Origin: Crocosphaera sp.
GTDB lineage: Bacteria; Cyanobacteriota; Cyanobacteriia; Cyanobacteriales; Microcystaceae
Direction of reading: 5' to 3'
Assembly: GCA_051439445.1 (NCBI GenBank)
Contig: JBFRWG010000063.1
Location: 1 to 31,401 of the forward strand
Length of the DNA stretch: 31,401 bases
The notes below the pieces were generated by a model that saw only the letters and a program-made list of their open reading frames with translations, was not told the DNA's origin and did no database searches. This document shows positions 27,353 to 31,401 of this stretch, in pieces (within the stretch, counting starts at the first letter, position 1; the number at the start of each line of letters is the position of its first letter). A program made the translations under genes and the position numbers.

Positions 27353-28459
27353 ATGAATGCTTGGTTTTCTCGCCCTCAGAAAATTTTAGTTACTTGGCTA
27401 CTAATTTTAGTCACAGGTTGGTTAACAGTTAAGACATTGAGTTACATTGGTGGCTTAATTAGTTTAATTTTAACCGCTTCTTTAATCGCTTTTTTATTGA
27501 GTTATCCTGTGCGCGCTCTTAAAAAAATTATTCCTCGTTCTTTAGCTGCTACTTTAGTTTATTTAGGCGCAATTTTACTGGTAACTTTTTTAGCAATAAC
27601 CCTTTTACCACCTGTGGTCAATCAAGGGAAACAACTAATTACTAAATTACCTAGTTTATTAGAAGAAGGACAACAACAATTGATAACATTACAAGGAGCA
27701 ATTAATACGAAAAACTTACCCATCGATCTTGAGTTTTTGACATCCCAAATATTAACTAAAATAGAGGCACAAACCAAAGATATTGCTTCTACGAGCTTTG
27801 GTTTAGTATTAGGAACCTTTAATTGGTTTATCGATTTAATTGTTGTTATCGTTATTTCTTTTTATATGTTACTGGATGGGGAAAAAATTTGGCGGGGTGT
27901 AATAAGCTTTTTTTCCCCTCAAGTTCGTGGCGTTTTAACCATTACCTTAGAAAAAAATCTACAACGATTTTTTACCGGTCAATTACTCTTAGGTTTATTT
28001 ATGGCCGTTACCCTAACCGTTGCTTTTCGACTATTAGGAATTCCCTTTTTTCTCCTCTTTGCTGTTTTTATCGGGGTGATGGAAGTTTTACCCTTTATTG
28101 GTGCAACTTTGGGAATTGGTACTGTTACTATTATTTTAACGTTTATTAATTGGTGGTTGGCAATACAAGTATTAGTTATTGCGGTTATTATTCAACAAAT
28201 TAAAGATAACTTAGTCGCCCCTCGAATCATGGGAAATCTCACGGGACTCCCTCCAGTGGTAATTTTTATTGCTTTATTACTTGGCGCAAAAATTGGCGGT
28301 TTATTAGGGGTTATTCTTGCTATTCCTTTAACCGGAGTGATCAAAGGAGTAACAGAAATTATTGGTGATCCCACTTTACCTCCCCAAACCGGTAGTCTAT
28401 TTTATAATCCCTTTTCTAAACTCCCCACAGTGGAAACAGAGATTGAGGAAAGTTTTTGA
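27353..28459 (+). CDS. AI-2E transporter / PerM (UPF0118) family permease
   Basis: 368 aa with multiple TM segments, GVMEVLPFIGATLGIGTVTI and IIQQIKDNLVAPRIMGNLTGLPPVVIFIALLLGAKIGGLLGVILAIPLTGV. Confidence 0.92.
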   Translation: MNAWFSRPQKILVTWLLILVTGWLTVKTLSYIGGLISLILTASLIAFLLSYPVRALKKIIPRSLAATLVYLGAILLVTFLAITLLPPVVNQGKQLITKLPSLLEEGQQQLITLQGAINTKNLPIDLEFLTSQILTKIEAQTKDIASTSFGLVLGTFNWFIDLIVVIVISFYMLLDGEKIWRGVISFFSPQVRGVLTITLEKNLQRFFTGQLLLGLFMAVTLTVAFRLLGIPFFLLFAVFIGVMEVLPFIGATLGIGTVTIILTFINWWLAIQVLVIAVIIQQIKDNLVAPRIMGNLTGLPPVVIFIALLLGAKIGGLLGVILAIPLTGVIKGVTEIIGDPTLPPQTGSLFYNPFSKLPTVETEIEESF

Positions 28460-28499
28460 TAGTATTATCTTTAATGTCAAGCTGAAGATCCCCGTTACA

Positions 28500-28649
28500 C
28501 AATGTTAACGGTGGAATGAAACCTCGACCAGTATATAAACTGCAGAGCAACGATATGTTTTAGCAACTGTTTGGTCAAACTAGAAAACTTTGTGTTTAAG
28601 AACCAAGAATCCCCCATGGAGAGCGTAAACTTAACGGTGGGAGTGTCAA
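28500..28649 (+). mobile_element. Probable IS200/IS605 (tnpB-side) right-end relic, omega-RNA-scaffold-like, no tnpB present
   Basis: ...TTTTAGCAACTGTTTGGTCAAACTAGAAAACTTTGTGTTTAAGAACCAAGAATCCCCCATGG...TTAACGGTGGGAGTGTCAA. It resembles, from memory, the 3' end of cyanobacterial tnpB elements (aaccaagaatcccc...ggggagtgtcaa). Confidence 0.5.
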
Positions 28650-29230
28650 TCAGAACCTCCTGGAAGAGATAAAGGGATATTTAAACCCCGATCATAGATA
28701 ATAATATCCCATTGTCCTGAACGGTTAGACTCAAAGGCAATTAAACGACCATTCCCACTAATGGTAGGATGACGCACTTCTCCTAAGATATTTTTAGTAA
28801 TGTTGTTAGCTTGTAAAGTTTGGCGATCGTAAACAAAAATATCTTGTTTTCCTTCTTGCTCGGAAACATAAACGATGTAACGTCCGTCTGCACTAATATC
28901 AGGTTGGTCTTGTACGGTTCCGGGCTGATTTAATCCCGGTAAAGGTAATAACCGACCGTTGATTTGATCATACAGCAAAACACTACGCTTTCCTTGGCGG
29001 TCAGAGGCAAAAACTAAGTATTTACCCTCGTAAGAAAAACGCGGATGTTGTTCGGAAGACCGAGTATTTAAGGTATTTCCCAACGTTTGAATCGGAGGAG
29101 TAATAAACCCTGAGTTAGTACAACCGACTAAACTAAAAACAATACTGCCACTTAAAAGCTTAGGATAACGACTCAACCCTTTAGGAAGCAACTTCACCAT
29201 CAGAGGGAAGCAAACAACAATTAACATCAT
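28646..29230 (-). CDS. PD40/TolB-like beta-propeller lipoprotein
   Basis: 194 aa. A lipobox-like SLVGC precedes propeller repeats: HPRFSYEGKYLVFASDRQGKRSVLLYD, QPDISADGRYIVYVSEQEGKQDIFVYD, HPTISGNGRLIAFESNRSGQWDIIIYD. The start may be the internal Met at 29200. Confidence 0.85.
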   Translation of the reverse strand: MMLIVVCFPLMVKLLPKGLSRYPKLLSGSIVFSLVGCTNSGFITPPIQTLGNTLNTRSSEQHPRFSYEGKYLVFASDRQGKRSVLLYDQINGRLLPLPGLNQPGTVQDQPDISADGRYIVYVSEQEGKQDIFVYDRQTLQANNITKNILGEVRHPTISGNGRLIAFESNRSGQWDIIIYDRGLNIPLSLPGGSD

Positions 29231-29453
29231 TGAGGCAAACTTTACCCCATTGTAATCCCCAGCGAACCAACTCTACACGATTTTCCGTTTTGGTTTTGGT
29301 CAAAATATTGCTGATATGATTATCAACAGTACGCTTACTAATCTCAAGTTTCTGGGCAATTTCCAGATTAGTCAAACCAGTTGAAACGAGATCGAGAATT
29401 TGCATTTCTCGGCCAGATAGAGACACAGGGTTTTGAAACTTGGCACTGGTCAT
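29181..29453 (-). CDS. Small LuxR-type HTH regulator, PedR-like
   Basis: 90 aa: LSGREMQILDLVSTGLTNLEIAQKLEISKRTVDNHISNILTKTKTENRVELVRWGLQWGKVCLNDVNCCLLP. It is HTH-only with C-terminal cysteines at 73, 79 and 80. Confidence 0.85.
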   Translation of the reverse strand: MTSAKFQNPVSLSGREMQILDLVSTGLTNLEIAQKLEISKRTVDNHISNILTKTKTENRVELVRWGLQWGKVCLNDVNCCLLPSDGEVAS

Positions 29454-29600
29454 AGGTATTTGTTGTGATGGTACATTTACTTATGGATTTTCTCTATTGT
29501 AGTGGATAGTTGAGAGTTAGGGGAGAATAATTTGCAAAACGCAAATTATTGATTACCCGATGACTGCTGTAGACAACGAATAATCAATAATCACTGCATT

Positions 29601-30200
29601 CTATTGACGAGACGCACAAGCATTTAAAGCAGCTAAAACTTTATCAGGGTGTTTTTCCATAAGAAAAGCTTCCCCTTCATAAGGTAAAGCTCGAGGATCA
29701 TAAAGATTTAAACTTTGCCAATCAGCCGAATTTAAACTGGCTAAAATTGAGCGAAAGGTAGCTGCATCAGTCTTCATAATTGGAACAATTGATCCATTAT
29801 CTAATCCCGAAGCACAATCTTGAACAACGTGCCAACTTTCATGGGCCAAGGTTTCAATATAAAGTTTGAAATCTTGTCGATTATTTTGACACATGGTCAT
29901 TCGATTATAACCAGGTTGATAATAACCCAAAATACCCGCTTCACAACTTTCGTAACTGATAGAAATACCCAAATTTTTTAAAGCAGTAAAAAATTTTGCC
30001 TCATAAAAGTTATAGCGATTCGACTCATCTCCAGATAAATCAACACAGCGGCCACTGTTGGTGATTATATAATTACTATAGTCACAATTATCAAAATTAT
30101 GGGGACTGGTCCGAGAATAATCTTGTGCTATAGCTGCTCCACCAGCGAGAAGGAGACTACCAGAAAGAGCCGAAGTACACAGAGTAAGAGTGATTTTCAT
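29601..30200 (-). CDS. Secreted hypothetical protein with HExxH-like motif
   Basis: 199 aa, with signal peptide MKITLTLCTSALSGSLLLAGGAAIAQ, motif LAHESWHVVQDC and several cysteines. Confidence 0.75.
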   Translation of the reverse strand: MKITLTLCTSALSGSLLLAGGAAIAQDYSRTSPHNFDNCDYSNYIITNSGRCVDLSGDESNRYNFYEAKFFTALKNLGISISYESCEAGILGYYQPGYNRMTMCQNNRQDFKLYIETLAHESWHVVQDCASGLDNGSIVPIMKTDAATFRSILASLNSADWQSLNLYDPRALPYEGEAFLMEKHPDKVLAALNACASRQ

Positions 30201-30789
30201 GGATTATAAATACTAAAATAGGGTTTATTATCAAGTATTCCCAAATACTACTCAAAAGTTTCTATGGATCTGATGATGTTGATCACTGGGTAATTGTGAT
30301 ATCTATCACCTTGAATAAGGATTATTTTATGAATTAATAATGAAAAATTACCAATGAATAATTATTCACTGGTAATTTTTAGGCTTGTTTTGAGTATATT
30401 AAAGTTGACAGTAAAGCGATTGCAACAGTGTTTCGTGATTCAGTGAAAAGTTATTCTCAAGATTCTCCTCGCTCTACTCAGTATTCCAAAAAGTAGGCTC
30501 TTCGGAGAGTGTGGGGTCAAATTTCTAAATCTTTAATTTTGGTTGGCAACTTTTTCCTGATTTTTTTGCACATTATAATAAACTGGTATGAATCAATACC
30601 ATTACTTGGCTATGATTCGTGTATTATTAGGATAAAATGAGAAAACTTAAAGCAAGATTATCGATAATCTTCTCCCTTGTTACCAATAATGAGATAAATT
30701 AAAATTAACTCGATAAACCTATTGCATTTCTATCAGATTGTAACAGTCAGCTTGCTTCAGGGAACCTTCAACACCAAAATTATACAACG

Positions 30790-31401
30790 ATGAGTCAAAC
30801 ATCTAATTCTCCTGGTTTTATCCCTAATGGAATAGGAAGATCCTATCTTGCTTATCATCATCAAGCAAGAAGTCATTGGCAATCTCAAGGAACATCAGAA
30901 CCTTCATTTTATTATTTTGCTTATGGATCTTGTATGTGTCCAGTGGACTTAAAACGAACCTTTGGGGAAAATACCCATAATTATGTGGTAGGAATAGGTA
31001 TTTTAGAAGGATATCGTTTAGGGTTTTATCGTCGTTCTTTACGGCGTAATTGTGGTGCATTAGATGTAGTAGTGGATGCCAATGCTAAAGTAGAAGGGGT
31101 ACTGTATCATTTACCTTGGCGATTTAGCGATCGCCTGGATGAAAGAGAGGAAGTTCCCCGCAATGGTTATCGTCGCGAGTCGGTTACAATTAAGAGTCAG
31201 GGAAAGGTTTATACTGATGTGAGAACTTATGTAGTGATAGATAAATTACCCCAAGAATTAGCCCCTAATGATTGGTATCTTAATGTTGTTTTGCGTGGTG
31301 CAGTTACTTGTGGACTCTCTGAAGAATATTGTTGGAATTTATTTAATCATATGTATCAGTTACAAATAAAGCAAAGTTATCAAGTTGACTATCATTTTTA
31401 G
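30790..31401 (+). CDS. Gamma-glutamylcyclotransferase-like (GGCT/AIG2 fold) protein
   Basis: 203 aa: FYYFAYGSCMCPVDLKRTFG... LEGYRLGFYRRS... DVVVDANAKVEGVLYHLPWRFSDRLDEREEVPRNGYRRESV. Confidence 0.85.
   Translation: MSQTSNSPGFIPNGIGRSYLAYHHQARSHWQSQGTSEPSFYYFAYGSCMCPVDLKRTFGENTHNYVVGIGILEGYRLGFYRRSLRRNCGALDVVVDANAKVEGVLYHLPWRFSDRLDEREEVPRNGYRRESVTIKSQGKVYTDVRTYVVIDKLPQELAPNDWYLNVVLRGAVTCGLSEEYCWNLFNHMYQLQIKQSYQVDYHF

Noticed and set aside
27823-28149. 108-aa + strand ORF rich in Tyr/Phe/Cys
   Set aside because: Out-of-frame reading of the AI-2E transporter gene.
1-31401. Search for anti-phage or defence islands, biosynthetic clusters, retrons or group II introns
   Set aside because: No reverse transcriptase, nuclease/helicase cassette, NRPS/PKS or intact transposase was found; gene content is conserved cyanobacterial core and hypothetical genes.
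1-31401. tRNA or rRNA genes
   Set aside because: Scanning gaps by eye for T-loop (GTTCRAxTC) plus acceptor pairing and for rRNA motifs gave nothing convincing. A tRNAscan-SE run would be decisive.

Overview
The window looks like a cyanobacterial chromosome segment (psbA, Ycf12/Psb30, split-intein dnaE, DUF3038/DUF4335, dense HIP1 GCGATCGC octamers). The gene content resembles unicellular diazotrophs of the Cyanothece/Crocosphaera type, but that is inference. It is mostly housekeeping or conserved genes: MscS-type channels (two paralogs), a fused oligopeptide ABC ATPase, a YqeG-type phosphatase, psbA, rbfA, a NagZ-like hydrolase, a SAM methyltransferase, a PEP-synthase-like protein, DUF952, a CNT nucleoside transporter, a cupin, class I DAHP synthase, an aldo/keto reductase, an NAD(P)-binding protein, DUF1997, Ycf12, a SnoaL-like protein, the C-terminal half of DnaE carrying the trans-splicing intein C-fragment, an AI-2E family transporter, a PD40/TolB-like lipoprotein, a PedR-like LuxR regulator, a secreted HExxH protein and a GGCT-like protein. 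I found no convincing new multi-gene system. The best items for a second look are: the split DnaE intein; a divergent D1 isoform; a decayed toxin-antitoxin locus; a likely orphan IS200/IS605 right end (omega-RNA-like scaffold) abutting the stop codon of a PD40 gene; a 718-bp orphan intergenic region with a strong compound hairpin; two MscS paralogs with an unusual CGRxWC ectodomain and SRN pore-helix motif; and a solitary CRISPR-repeat-like sequence.
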